A DNA stretch of 34,817 nucleotides from the IMG/VR virus record IMGVR_UViG_3300032103_000014; one strand, given 5' to 3'. The notes below the pieces were generated by a model. That model made no database searches and was not told where the DNA came from. It saw only the letters and a program-made list of their open reading frames with translations. The DNA is from a virus. Below are positions 1 through 8,596 of this stretch, piece by piece. The position numbers were made by a program, and so were the translations under genes. The stretch's first letter is position 1, and every line of letters begins with the position of its first letter.

Positions 1-852
1 GATGGCGGCGGAGATGGCGGCGGAGCATCTGGCGACTCTGGTGGTGATTCAGGATCAGGCGACAGCGGCGCAGGAGATAGCGGAGATTCTGGCGACACCG
101 GCGATACAGGTATAGGCGACACAGCTGGATCGGGCAATGACGGCGGAGACGAAGGCGCAGGTATAGGCGACACAGGCGAAGGTGAATCTAGTGAAGGCAT
201 TAGTGATGCCGAAGCAGCCACAGGTATTGTAGGGGTAGGAGCAAGTGATGCAGCAGCAGCCACAGGTAACAGTTCAAGCGTAGGCGAAGGTGCTGTAGGT
301 GGCGATATGGGCGGTATTACTGATGCAGCATATGGATCAGTGATAGGCAATACAATAGGTGAAATAGGTGAAGCAATTAGTGAAGGACTAGGTGGCGGTA
401 TAGGAGGAGACGGCGGAGGTATAGGTGGCGACGGTGGAGGAGACGGTAGTGGATATTGGGGCGGTGGTGATACTACTGTAACTCCAGTTGCACCTGCAGG
501 TCCTACAACAACTCCAGGCCCTGTTAATCCAAAGTATCTAAATCCAGGTATGATTGAAACTACACCGTTCTATCAAACTACAAGCCCAGTGCAAAGTAAA
601 TTCTTCTGGGGTGATCATCCACTTCAAACTGGATCTACATTTGATGCTAATGCGTGGAATGCAGTACCTAATGCTCCACAAACAGCCTGGGGTTTACAAG
701 AATTTGGTCAACCAATGACGTTGCAACAAGCAATGAGTGTGCTACAAGGACAACAAACATATCCAACACTAACGGCCGCAGAGCAGGCATATCTTTCTAT
801 GTTGGACCCTCAAGCAGCACAACAGTTCTTACAAAGTAAGGGCCTAGCGTAA
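1..852 (+). CDS. 3' part of a Gly/Asp-rich low-complexity protein. Its 5' part is 34475..34762, giving one 379-aa ORF across the circular junction
   Basis: Frame 1 is open from base 1 to the TAA at 850-852. Bases 1-55 equal 34763-34817 and are in frame with the ATG at 34475. The ORF-track entry 307..852 is only the part after an internal Met. The product has DGGG/GDSG repeats followed by a Pro/Thr/Gln-rich C-terminus. Function unknown. Confidence 0.7.
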   Translation, partial: DGGGDGGGASGDSGGDSGSGDSGAGDSGDSGDTGDTGIGDTAGSGNDGGDEGAGIGDTGEGESSEGISDAEAATGIVGVGASDAAAATGNSSSVGEGAVGGDMGGITDAAYGSVIGNTIGEIGEAISEGLGGGIGGDGGGIGGDGGGDGSGYWGGGDTTVTPVAPAGPTTTPGPVNPKYLNPGMIETTPFYQTTSPVQSKFFWGDHPLQTGSTFDANAWNAVPNAPQTAWGLQEFGQPMTLQQAMSVLQGQQTYPTLTAAEQAYLSMLDPQAAQQFLQSKGLA

Positions 853-882
853 TACGCTAAATATAACAAAGAGGACACAACA

Positions 883-1635
883 ATGAGTGGATTAATTGAT
901 AGCTTTTTCGGTAGTAGCAAAGAAACAACTGTGAACCAACTACCTTCACAGATGCAAGATATTCAAGCAACAAACGAATTTAAGTCGGGCACTATGCTAC
1001 CGGCTTATAAAGACTATATGGCAGGCGCACGTACCGGCTACCAAGAAGCACTTCCGGGTATGATGAAGGCTGCTCAAGGTGGCGCAGGCTACGCAGGTCA
1101 AGTTGGACAAGTAATGGGCGAAACAGGCGAAAGTGCTGCTCGCACAGGCATTACAGGATTGGAAGACTTTTTCCGTCCAGGCTACGGACAAGAACAGTTT
1201 GCAGCAGCAATGGCTCCTATTCAAGCACAGTATCAACAAAACGTTGCTAACCAAAGCGCACAGTTTGGTGGTGCAGGACAATTAGGTAGTGCTCGTCAAG
1301 CCCTAGCAGGACAGCAAATGGCCGGCGCAACACAAAGTGCTCAAATGCAAGCGGCTGCTAACGTGATGAACCAATTAAACCAACAACGCTTACAAGCAGG
1401 ACAAGCATTAGGACAACTAGGTGGCAGTTACTTAAATCAAGGCCTAGGTGCAAAACAAGCACAACTTGGATTTGCAGAACGTCCAATGGATTGGTATTCT
1501 ACACTTGGCAAGCAATATGCAAGCGTGCCAAGCGGAATGTACCAAGCACAGTATCCGGGACAACAAGATACTACTAGCAGCAGCACACCAAGTCTATTTG
1601 ACATCGGTGCTAAAGTATTACCATTCTTTCTATAA
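883..1635 (+). CDS. hypothetical Gln/Ala/Gly-rich protein, possibly an internal virion or ejection protein
   Basis: 250-aa ORF with AGAGGA upstream of the ATG. It lies just upstream of the transglycosylase-motif protein. The composition is typical of podovirus internal proteins. No specific motif recognised. Confidence 0.55.
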   Translation: MSGLIDSFFGSSKETTVNQLPSQMQDIQATNEFKSGTMLPAYKDYMAGARTGYQEALPGMMKAAQGGAGYAGQVGQVMGETGESAARTGITGLEDFFRPGYGQEQFAAAMAPIQAQYQQNVANQSAQFGGAGQLGSARQALAGQQMAGATQSAQMQAAANVMNQLNQQRLQAGQALGQLGGSYLNQGLGAKQAQLGFAERPMDWYSTLGKQYASVPSGMYQAQYPGQQDTTSSSTPSLFDIGAKVLPFFL

Positions 1636-1650
1636 TAAAGGTTTAAAACA

Positions 1651-4341
1651 ATGGCAGAATATGACGCAATGGGCAATTACACAGGTTATAACGACAGTTA
1701 TCAGCCTGTTGCGCCTTTCTATGATTCCTTTGGTAGTGAAGTTCTAAATGACGAAAAGCGTCGTCTAAAAGAAGAAGAACTAAAACGCCAAATTGAAGAA
1801 TACAACAGACAACAAAATGAACTTGCCAGTGAAGTAAGCCACAAGCAAGAGATCACTACATACGGCGATGGTAGCCGCACTGTAAAAACTCAACGCGAGA
1901 TTCCTGCAGCAGGCCTAGGCCGCGGCTATGTTAATCCTCCGGCAGCACAAGCACAACCGGTTGCTCCAGTAGCACCAGCAGCAGATCAAAGTGCTTATAC
2001 TGCTCAAATGGAAAGCGGTAACAATCCTAACATTGGCTACCACGATAGAACAAAAGGTAGTGCATACGGTACCTACGGTTTAACAAGTGCAGCGTACCAA
2101 GATGTTCAACGTGCTAATCCACAGTTTGCAGGACGCGATATTACAACGCTAACACCCGAAGAACAAACACAGGCTTACCGTACGTACACAGGTTTAAATG
2201 CTAATGCACTACAGCGTTTCGGTGTTGAGCCAACAGCAGCAAACCAACGTCTTGCTCACTTCCTAGGTGCTAAAGGTGCAGCAGAGTTCTTAAAGAATGG
2301 TACAGTAAGTCCGGCAGCAGCAGCGGCTAACGGCGGTGAAGATAATGTTCGTCGTATCGCACAAGCACGTCTAGGTGGCGGTGTTGCTCCAGCAAGTGGC
2401 GCAGCAAGTTTAGTAGCAGGTGAACAAGGTGGAATGCCTACAGCACCGGTTGCTCCAACAGAAGGTGCATTTACAGGACAAGGCTTAAAGGCTCCTACAG
2501 TAGGCCCTGCTCCAACAGCCAGGGTACCTAGCAGCGAACAATTCGTTACACGTTACCAAGACACACAAACAGATCCTGCAGGCTTAATGAAACTAGCCAC
2601 AGATGATACTGCTCCAGACTGGATTAAAGAGCGTGCTCGCAATCGTGCAGCAGACTTAATCACAGAACAACGTGATACAATGAAAGCCAAAGAAGCATTG
2701 GCAGCAGCAACTCCTAATGACCTAGCACGTTACCTACAAGGTAAAACTAAGTCAGGTGAAGACTACAACTTAACAACTCGTATTCGTGCTATGTTATTCA
2801 GCGCAAGTGGTAATAACGAACTAGCAATGCGTGAATGGAACAAGTTAGACAACACCGGTACTGACAAGTATGTACAGGGCGCAGATGGTCAAAGTTACTT
2901 ACTACGCACTCGTGCAAACGGTGAAGTAATGGGCGGCTTCAATGCTAAAACAGGTGCAGCACTAACACCAGAAGAAATAGTTAACGTAAGTGCTGGCGTA
3001 CAAACACAAAAAGGTGTACACCAAGCAGCAGACACATACGCAGATCCAACAGGTAAGATTAAAGGTAACTTCGTACTTGAGACTCGTCCTGGACAAGCAC
3101 CAGTGTTTAAAGAAGTTGGTACAGGTCGTGTTGCTACAGCAGCAGAAGGTGCAGTACTACGTAAGATTGGTGTAACAGGCACATTAGAAGATCAACTTGC
3201 ACGTCAACGTCAAAAGTTAATGACAGACTTACAGTTTGTTGAACCTACTAAGCGTATGGAATTCGCAGCACGATTTGATGCCGAACACGGTACAAACTTT
3301 GCCGGTGAACTTAAGAATCAAATGCCAGGCTCATTCGGTGGTCAACCTGCGCAGGCTACAACTGTTGCTCCTAGCGTAGCAGCAAGTGGTGGCGCACCTG
3401 CAGGACAAGCAGTAAGCGGTCCGGTTGCTCCAACAGGCAATATTCCAACAGGTCCTATTGCTCCGGGCGCAGCAATAACAAAGCCAGTAGCCGGTATGAC
3501 TCCTGCCCAAATCAAGCAGCAAGAAACATTAGGCACAGAAGCAGGCAAGGCTGGTATTGCAGTAGGCGAAACAGAGCAAAAAGAATTCGTCAAAGATATG
3601 AAGCCGGCTATCGGTACAGCAGCAAGTGACGGCCAAATGATTGGTAGTGCTCGTCGTCAACAGTTAGATCTAATTAAGTCTAACCCAAGCATTCTAAACA
3701 TTATGAACGGTGATGGCACACGCTTTGACCAAGCACGTAACATTATCACTCGTATTGCTACAGGTGCTTACAGTGATGAAAACAAAGAAGCACTATACAA
3801 AGATGTTAAGGCAACTGGCCTAAGTCAAGCAGAACAAGGTGCATTATTAGACTTTGCTAACTTGAATACAGGTATCAATGCTAAGACATTGAAAGCCAAC
3901 AGTGGCGCTGGTTCAATCAGTAACGCAGAACAACAGGCTAACAAGGATGCTAACATTGGTAACGTAGACCGTATTCCTGCTTATGCAGCATTAAGTGGTT
4001 TACACCGTAGCCAGTTTAGCGGCGACTTAGCAGCAAGTAAGCAAGCGTTCTTAGACACACACCCAGACATTAAGACTACAAGTCAATTCAACAGTGCTTG
4101 GGCTAAAGAAGAAGCCAACTTGCTTAAAGGTTATCAAGGTATTGCTAAGGCACGCTTTGATGTTATGGGCCGTGCTCCTGAAGTTGGTGCAAGTAAAGAA
4201 GCAATTGCCGCATATAAGGATCGCGTATTCCGCGCATTTGAAGCATATCCTGCTCCTAAGTGGGATGCTGCAACAGGTAAGTGGGATTACCAAACTGCTA
4301 ATGCTAAACGAGCAGCGATGAGACAAATTTTAGGACAATAA
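1651..4341 (+). CDS. large internal virion/ejection protein with a lytic-transglycosylase-like (SLT-like) motif
   Basis: 896-aa ORF. Residues from about 113 read AYTAQMESGNNPNIGYHDRTKGSAYGTYGLTSAAYQD (nt from about 1990). This resembles the SLT catalytic E-S ... G-x-x-G-L ... AY pattern. Size, position and Ala/Pro/Gly-rich linkers fit a T7 gp16-type protein. Confidence 0.6.
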   Translation: MAEYDAMGNYTGYNDSYQPVAPFYDSFGSEVLNDEKRRLKEEELKRQIEEYNRQQNELASEVSHKQEITTYGDGSRTVKTQREIPAAGLGRGYVNPPAAQAQPVAPVAPAADQSAYTAQMESGNNPNIGYHDRTKGSAYGTYGLTSAAYQDVQRANPQFAGRDITTLTPEEQTQAYRTYTGLNANALQRFGVEPTAANQRLAHFLGAKGAAEFLKNGTVSPAAAAANGGEDNVRRIAQARLGGGVAPASGAASLVAGEQGGMPTAPVAPTEGAFTGQGLKAPTVGPAPTARVPSSEQFVTRYQDTQTDPAGLMKLATDDTAPDWIKERARNRAADLITEQRDTMKAKEALAAATPNDLARYLQGKTKSGEDYNLTTRIRAMLFSASGNNELAMREWNKLDNTGTDKYVQGADGQSYLLRTRANGEVMGGFNAKTGAALTPEEIVNVSAGVQTQKGVHQAADTYADPTGKIKGNFVLETRPGQAPVFKEVGTGRVATAAEGAVLRKIGVTGTLEDQLARQRQKLMTDLQFVEPTKRMEFAARFDAEHGTNFAGELKNQMPGSFGGQPAQATTVAPSVAASGGAPAGQAVSGPVAPTGNIPTGPIAPGAAITKPVAGMTPAQIKQQETLGTEAGKAGIAVGETEQKEFVKDMKPAIGTAASDGQMIGSARRQQLDLIKSNPSILNIMNGDGTRFDQARNIITRIATGAYSDENKEALYKDVKATGLSQAEQGALLDFANLNTGINAKTLKANSGAGSISNAEQQANKDANIGNVDRIPAYAALSGLHRSQFSGDLAASKQAFLDTHPDIKTTSQFNSAWAKEEANLLKGYQGIAKARFDVMGRAPEVGASKEAIAAYKDRVFRAFEAYPAPKWDAATGKWDYQTANAKRAAMRQILGQ

Positions 4342-4342
4342 G

Positions 4343-5185
4343 ATGACCGAACAAGATATTGCAAAATTAAAAGCCGCTGGTTTTAGCGATGCAGACATCA
4401 AAGACTATATGGCAACTGAACCTGGTGCAGGGGGCACTGCCCCTGCTAGTGCTCCTGTTGAGAACTTACCTGAGATTGATGTTACCAAGCCTAGCACTAT
4501 ATTAAGTCAAGCACAGGCACAAGGTATTCCTACTACTAATGAAGGCAGTGTTGCAACAGATATAGCAGCATTAGGTGCAGCAGCAGCGCCTTACGCAGTG
4601 CCGGCAGCAGCAACAGCAGCCGGTATATACGGTGCTGCTAAAATAGGTGGTTGGGGTAGAGATATGTTGTCTACTGCACGTGAAGGTATGGAAGCATATC
4701 GTCACGGTGTTAACACTGCTAATGAAATTGCTCAACGTAATGCAGCATTGCAAGAAGCCCGTATCGCCGAACGTGTTGCACGTGGCGGCCAAGCAGCAGG
4801 ACAAGCAGTGCAAGCAGGAGAGCAAGCAGGATCTAGAGCATTCCAACAAATGGGACAACAGTTAGCCAAGCCAATTGCACCGACAGGCGCAGTTCCAACA
4901 GGTCCGGTTGCTCCGGCAGCAGCACCAGCAGCACCTGCTCCGGTAGCACAACCAGCAGCACAGCCTAGCCTAATTGATAGAACTACTGCAATGATTCGTC
5001 AACTAGCAGCGAACAAGGTCTTAAATACTGTGGCTAAAGGTGGATTAGGAATTGCAGCGGCATTAACTCCAGGTAACGTTGGTCAAAACTATCCGTTCCC
5101 AACAAGCGGTCCTTACAAAGGTATGGAAATTAACCCAAGAACAGGACGCCCTTGGACTCCACAAGAGTTAGCACAATACAAATAA
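4343..5185 (+). CDS. hypothetical Ala-rich protein, possibly an internal virion protein
   Basis: 280-aa ORF whose ATG is 1 nt after the upstream stop. It has an APAAPAPVAQPAAQP linker. No catalytic motif seen. Confidence 0.55.
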   Translation: MTEQDIAKLKAAGFSDADIKDYMATEPGAGGTAPASAPVENLPEIDVTKPSTILSQAQAQGIPTTNEGSVATDIAALGAAAAPYAVPAAATAAGIYGAAKIGGWGRDMLSTAREGMEAYRHGVNTANEIAQRNAALQEARIAERVARGGQAAGQAVQAGEQAGSRAFQQMGQQLAKPIAPTGAVPTGPVAPAAAPAAPAPVAQPAAQPSLIDRTTAMIRQLAANKVLNTVAKGGLGIAAALTPGNVGQNYPFPTSGPYKGMEINPRTGRPWTPQELAQYK

Positions 5186-5194
5186 GGAAATGAT

Positions 5195-5629
5195 ATGATG
5201 ACAACAAGAGAAGCGTTGCTAGGTGTATTCTGTAACAACTTTACAACTTACTTTCGTAGCCACGTTGCACACGTTAACATTATGGGCCGCAACTTCGCTA
5301 GCGATCACGCATTGCTAGGCGGCATATATGAAGAACTGCAAGGACAAATTGATATTCTAGCAGAACTATTACGCACACTAGGCGAGTTTATGCCCAATGA
5401 CATTCAAACTGTAGTCAATGAAAGCATTATGAGTAGTTCAGCAATGGATGGTTCTAGTGAAGATTTGCTAATGGCAGTAAGAGAAGATGTCGGCGGCTTA
5501 AAAGCATTATATGAAGATCTAATGCTCTGCGCCGAAGATGAAGGATTGCAAGAAATTGCAAACTATGCTCAAGAAAGAATCTTGGCATTGGCTAAACATA
5601 TTTGGATGCTTGAGGCTACATTAAGTTAA
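5195..5629 (+). CDS. Dps-like / ferritin-like four-helix-bundle protein
   Basis: 144 aa. The segment SHVAHVNIMGRNFASDHALLGGIYEELQGQIDILAELLRTLG matches the Dps pattern (H-W/V-N-v-x-G-x-x-F ... H ... E ... ID-x-x-AE-R-x-x-x-LG). An acidic helix follows (EDEGLQEIANYAQERI). RBS AAGGAAA upstream. Confidence 0.7.
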   Translation: MMTTREALLGVFCNNFTTYFRSHVAHVNIMGRNFASDHALLGGIYEELQGQIDILAELLRTLGEFMPNDIQTVVNESIMSSSAMDGSSEDLLMAVREDVGGLKALYEDLMLCAEDEGLQEIANYAQERILALAKHIWMLEATLS

Positions 5630-6129
5630 GTAGCGTTGGGCTTGTCAGTGAGGTCAACTCGTTTATAAGCCTGACTTCCTCTTAATGTATAACCAGCATT
5701 TGTATGTAACTTAAGAAAGGCTGTTTGTTCTTGGCGTAATGTTGTGCTAGCGATAACAGGAATTTGACGCATTTTTGCAAATCCTTCCCAAATCTCAAGC
5801 ATATCTTTAATTAACATTACACGCTCTCTAGTAGATAACGCAGGATCCACGTGAGCCATACGGACTAGTAATATTTCGTCATCGCTCCAAATGCTACGTT
5901 CTCCAGCGCGAGCCCAAGTATATGCAATTATACCGCGTTCATCGCGTACTAGGACAATTAAATCACTGGCTCGTTTGTAGTTTTGATTTACTAATCCTGT
6001 TACTAAATGATGTGCTAGCACATTAGGATCAAATTTGAATAGTGTGTCTACTTCGTACTGTACTTTTAAGTTAAGCGACATTAGTTCAGTAGCATCGTTG
6101 ATTGTGGCGTAAGCCCAGGTATATTTCAT
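5626..6129 (-). CDS. GNAT-like acetyltransferase (tentative). This is the only minus-strand gene
   Basis: The track ORF is 5626..6159. I prefer the ATG at 6129 (MKYTWAY...), which is preceded by AAGGA on the minus strand. The C-terminal layout (VDPALSTRERVMLIKDML...IPVIASTTL...FLKLHTNAGYTLRG) resembles GNAT beta4-alpha3 ... beta5-alpha4. The Q/RxxGxG/A motif is not clean. Its stop codon shares a TTAA with the Dps stop (5626-5629). Confidence 0.45.
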   Translation of the reverse strand: MKYTWAYATINDATELMSLNLKVQYEVDTLFKFDPNVLAHHLVTGLVNQNYKRASDLIVLVRDERGIIAYTWARAGERSIWSDDEILLVRMAHVDPALSTRERVMLIKDMLEIWEGFAKMRQIPVIASTTLRQEQTAFLKLHTNAGYTLRGSQAYKRVDLTDKPNAT

Positions 6130-6179
6130 AGCAGTTCCTTTACAAGTATGTTGATGCACTATTTACACTAAATAAATGT

Positions 6180-6533
6180 ATGGAAATGAACGATAACACT
6201 GAAAAGAAAAGCAAAGGTAAACGTGGTGGTGCACGTCCTGGGTCTGGACGACCAAAAGGCAGTGGTAATGCTATTACTATTGCAGGCTTGCTATCGCAAG
6301 TAACTAGTCAAACACGCGGTAAAGATTACGAAGCATTGTTAATTGAAGACTTTTTACAAGCAAGAAACAGTCACAATGCAGAACTATTGTTAAAATATCA
6401 CAATTTGATCCTAGGTAAAGTTATGAACAGTCTAGCAAAGATTGAAGTAACAGACAGCGAAGATGCAGTTGAAGCAAAGAAAGCAGCATTTGCAGCAGCC
6501 TTAGCGAAACTAACAGGATTAAAAGAGGAATAA
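6180..6533 (+). CDS. hypothetical protein with a basic N-terminus, possibly DNA-binding or a small-terminase candidate
   Basis: 117 aa. The N-terminal KGKRGGARPGSGRPKGSGN stretch is a motif common at the N-termini of phage DNA-binding and small-terminase proteins. The C-terminal half looks helical. The functional call is weak. Confidence 0.35.
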   Translation: MEMNDNTEKKSKGKRGGARPGSGRPKGSGNAITIAGLLSQVTSQTRGKDYEALLIEDFLQARNSHNAELLLKYHNLILGKVMNSLAKIEVTDSEDAVEAKKAAFAAALAKLTGLKEE

Positions 6534-6541
6534 ATATCACT

Positions 6542-6700
6542 ATGCCGTTGAAGAAATCTACAACCAAAAAGGCATTCACGGAGAATGTCAAAAAAGAAAT
6601 CGCTGCTGGTAAGCCTCCAAAGCAAGCCGTGGCAATCGCATACTCTACTAAGAGGGCAGCGGCTAAAACAAGTCCAAAGACTAAAGGAAGCAAAAAATGA
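6542..6700 (+). CDS. small Lys-rich basic protein (52 aa), below the ORF-track length cutoff
   Basis: It reads ATG at 6542 through TGA at 6698-6700: MPLKKSTTKKAFTENVKKEIAAGKPPKQAVAIAYSTKRAAAKTSPKTKGSKK. The stop overlaps the next ATG (ATGA at 6697-6700). I have seen the GKPxKQAxAIAxS-type motif in small bacterial and phage proteins but cannot name a family. Confidence 0.55.
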   Translation: MPLKKSTTKKAFTENVKKEIAAGKPPKQAVAIAYSTKRAAAKTSPKTKGSKK

Positions 6701-6975
6701 AACAAGATAGCAACTTAGACTTCAACGGTATGGCAGGCGATGGAGTAAATCGTGGCAAGAACCGTTTCGCTGGTAACCATTCCGGTTTAACAGCAAAGAC
6801 TAATGCAGGTCGTGGTCCTACTAAGGGCAATGACGGCACTAACACCTACAAAGGTGCACCTACTAGTGCAACCGGTACAGCACAATATCGCGGTGTTGGC
6901 GGTACTACAGTTAAAAAGCCTGGCGAGAAGATTGACTTTGGCCGTGGCCCAACTAAAGGCAACTGCGGTTGCTAA
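6697..6975 (+). CDS. small basic Gly-rich protein with two GRGPTKGN motifs
   Basis: 92 aa, net basic, about one residue in five is Gly, and no hydrophobic core is visible. GRGPTKGN occurs twice (nt about 6807 and about 6941). The protein ends in CGC. It is translationally coupled to the upstream ORF. Confidence 0.65.
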   Translation: MKQDSNLDFNGMAGDGVNRGKNRFAGNHSGLTAKTNAGRGPTKGNDGTNTYKGAPTSATGTAQYRGVGGTTVKKPGEKIDFGRGPTKGNCGC

Positions 6976-6988
6976 TAAGGAATAAATT

Positions 6989-7249
6989 ATGAGTAATCCA
7001 CAATCTAAACCAATCAACCAAAAGCGTGGTCCTACTACAGGCAACGCAGGTACTACAAGCAAGCGTGATGCATTTCTAAGTGCAAAAAGCGCCAGCGGCA
7101 GCGAAAAGTCTGCACTAGCAAAAGTAGTTACTGATGCACTAGAGATGCGCGGACGTGGTCAAGGCGGAAAAACAAATCCTGCACTTGAAGGTCTACATAG
7201 CAACACTGGTCCTAAGTCTAACCCAACTGTTACTAAGTTTAAAAAGTAA
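6989..7249 (+). CDS. small basic protein with a related KRGPTTGN motif
   Basis: 86 aa. It contains KRGPTTGNAGT (nt about 7021) and a degenerate NTGPKSNP. AAGGAATAA lies upstream of the ATG. A strong terminator follows immediately. Confidence 0.65.
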   Translation: MSNPQSKPINQKRGPTTGNAGTTSKRDAFLSAKSASGSEKSALAKVVTDALEMRGRGQGGKTNPALEGLHSNTGPKSNPTVTKFKK

Positions 7250-7253
7250 ATAT

Positions 7254-7278
7254 GTAGGGGCACTAGTCCCCTACTTTT
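7254..7278 (+). terminator. rho-independent terminator
   Basis: GTAGGGG (7254-7260), loop CACTAGT, CCCCTAC (7268-7274), then TTTT. Confidence 0.75.
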
Positions 7279-7295
7279 AATGCAAGGAAAATGAA

Positions 7296-8105
7296 ATGAG
7301 AAAAAATAGCAAGGCTCCTGTAGCCGAAGAGAATGTATGGGACGATGCTCCCGTAGATACCATTGATGTATCAGCAGATGAAATTATATCTGTAGCAGAA
7401 CAAGTAGCAGCAACTGCTCCAAAGTCTGTATCAAACGCAGAGTATGATTTGGAAGGCTTAATGACAGACTTTCCAACTGCAAAAGAACTAGAACGTTTTG
7501 TATTTGATGAAACCGGCATTGTTCTTAACCTAAAAGGTCGTGCAAACAAACTAAAATACCAAGTAGCAATGGATGTGCTTAACGGTGTTGAAGTTGATGC
7601 TAAGTTTATAGGCGATGATAACCCTTATGTTGAAAAAAGCGAGATGGTACCTGAAGAACCACTTCGTCCAAAGCCAGCACGCGACAAAACATTACCACCT
7701 GCTAGCCAATTACAAAATACATTCTATACTCCAATGGTACCGCATCCAGATCCAGATGCACGTAGTGAAGATAAAAAAGTCCACGTTATGTTCCGCAAGT
7801 ATAACAACGGACAAGTCAGTTATGAAATCCTAGGCCCGCTAGAACTAAAGCCACACGGTACTAAAATTGACAAGTACGGACGTGAGCGTCCAGAGATTAT
7901 GCGTTGGTTAGATCCACGCACAGGCGAACAAACCGCAGTACGTGAAGATGGCACACTAACTCCACAAGGCAAGCGTCTACGTGCTATGATGCAAAGTACT
8001 AAGTTCCGCGTTAACAACAGCAACCAATGGGACGTTTACGTTGACCGTGAATTTGCAAGTCTAACTGACGAAGCAGCACACAATCCCTGGGACATCTCCC
8101 AATGA
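7296..8105 (+). CDS. hypothetical protein (269 aa) with an acidic N-terminus
   Basis: Long ORF preceded by AAGGAAAATGAAATG. No recognisable motif. First gene after the terminator and upstream of the terminase. Confidence 0.6.
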   Translation: MRKNSKAPVAEENVWDDAPVDTIDVSADEIISVAEQVAATAPKSVSNAEYDLEGLMTDFPTAKELERFVFDETGIVLNLKGRANKLKYQVAMDVLNGVEVDAKFIGDDNPYVEKSEMVPEEPLRPKPARDKTLPPASQLQNTFYTPMVPHPDPDARSEDKKVHVMFRKYNNGQVSYEILGPLELKPHGTKIDKYGRERPEIMRWLDPRTGEQTAVREDGTLTPQGKRLRAMMQSTKFRVNNSNQWDVYVDREFASLTDEAAHNPWDISQ

Positions 8106-8410
8106 GAGAAGACCAAAAGCCTGCTATTATTGATCAAGCACAGCAGCAACGTATGGCACGTGACACATTAATCTTGCAAAAGGTTAATCGTGTCAACAGA
8201 GAAGCATTTAAATCCCGCTTCCCGGGTGCCTGCGAGCATATGATGCGTTTAACTAGCGAACGTTTGCAAAGTGTTTTAACTAACAAACCAGCAGACCTAG
8301 CAGATCCAGATACTTGGGTTGCTACAGCAGCAGAAATTCGCGACCTAAGCCAAGCACTTTACTTTCTATCATTGATTAGTAAAGAACATCCTGCAGGAGA
8401 CACACAATGA
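8102..8410 (+). CDS. hypothetical protein (102 aa)
   Basis: ATGA overlap with the upstream stop. Its position two genes upstream of terL makes small terminase possible, but this is unsupported. Confidence 0.5.
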   Translation: MREDQKPAIIDQAQQQRMARDTLILQKVNRVNREAFKSRFPGACEHMMRLTSERLQSVLTNKPADLADPDTWVATAAEIRDLSQALYFLSLISKEHPAGDTQ

Positions 8411-8595
8411 ACATTGCCAGTGATGAAGACAGCAGTTTAGATGTAACAGTTACTATACTAGCAGATAACAAATATCATCTAGTAATTAGGCACAATGAAG
8501 ACATCCTAGGTGATACAATCATTGATTATACTATAGATGCTAATGACTTAGACTATTTTATAGGATATCTACAGGAAAAACTTAAAGGAAATTGA
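8407..8595 (+). CDS. hypothetical acidic protein (62 aa)
   Basis: ATGA overlap with the upstream stop. Asp/Glu-rich. No motif. Confidence 0.45.
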   Translation: MNIASDEDSSLDVTVTILADNKYHLVIRHNEDILGDTIIDYTIDANDLDYFIGYLQEKLKGN

Positions 8596-8596
8596 T

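Noticed and set aside
997-1281. Antisense and alternative-frame ORFs from the six-frame track. Examples: 997..1281(-), 1437..1676(-), 2895..3182(-), 3342..3593(-), 4571..4858(-), 6421..6705(-), 12306..12743(-), 16518..16946(-), 17187..17492(-), 21568..21948(-), 26691..27011(-), 33735..34139(-), plus the many 60-100 aa + strand alternative frames.
   Set aside because: Each lies inside, opposite or out of frame with a long ORF that has recognisable motifs or coherent gene order. Their translations are Cys/Leu/Ser/Val-rich low-complexity strings typical of antisense reading. None has a convincing RBS or coupling to neighbours.
6130-6179. Divergent promoters in the 50-nt spacer between the minus-strand GNAT-like gene and the 6180 gene.
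   Set aside because: TTGATG and TTTACA hexamers are present, but no properly spaced -10 could be paired with them on either strand. The promoters for both genes remain unlocated.
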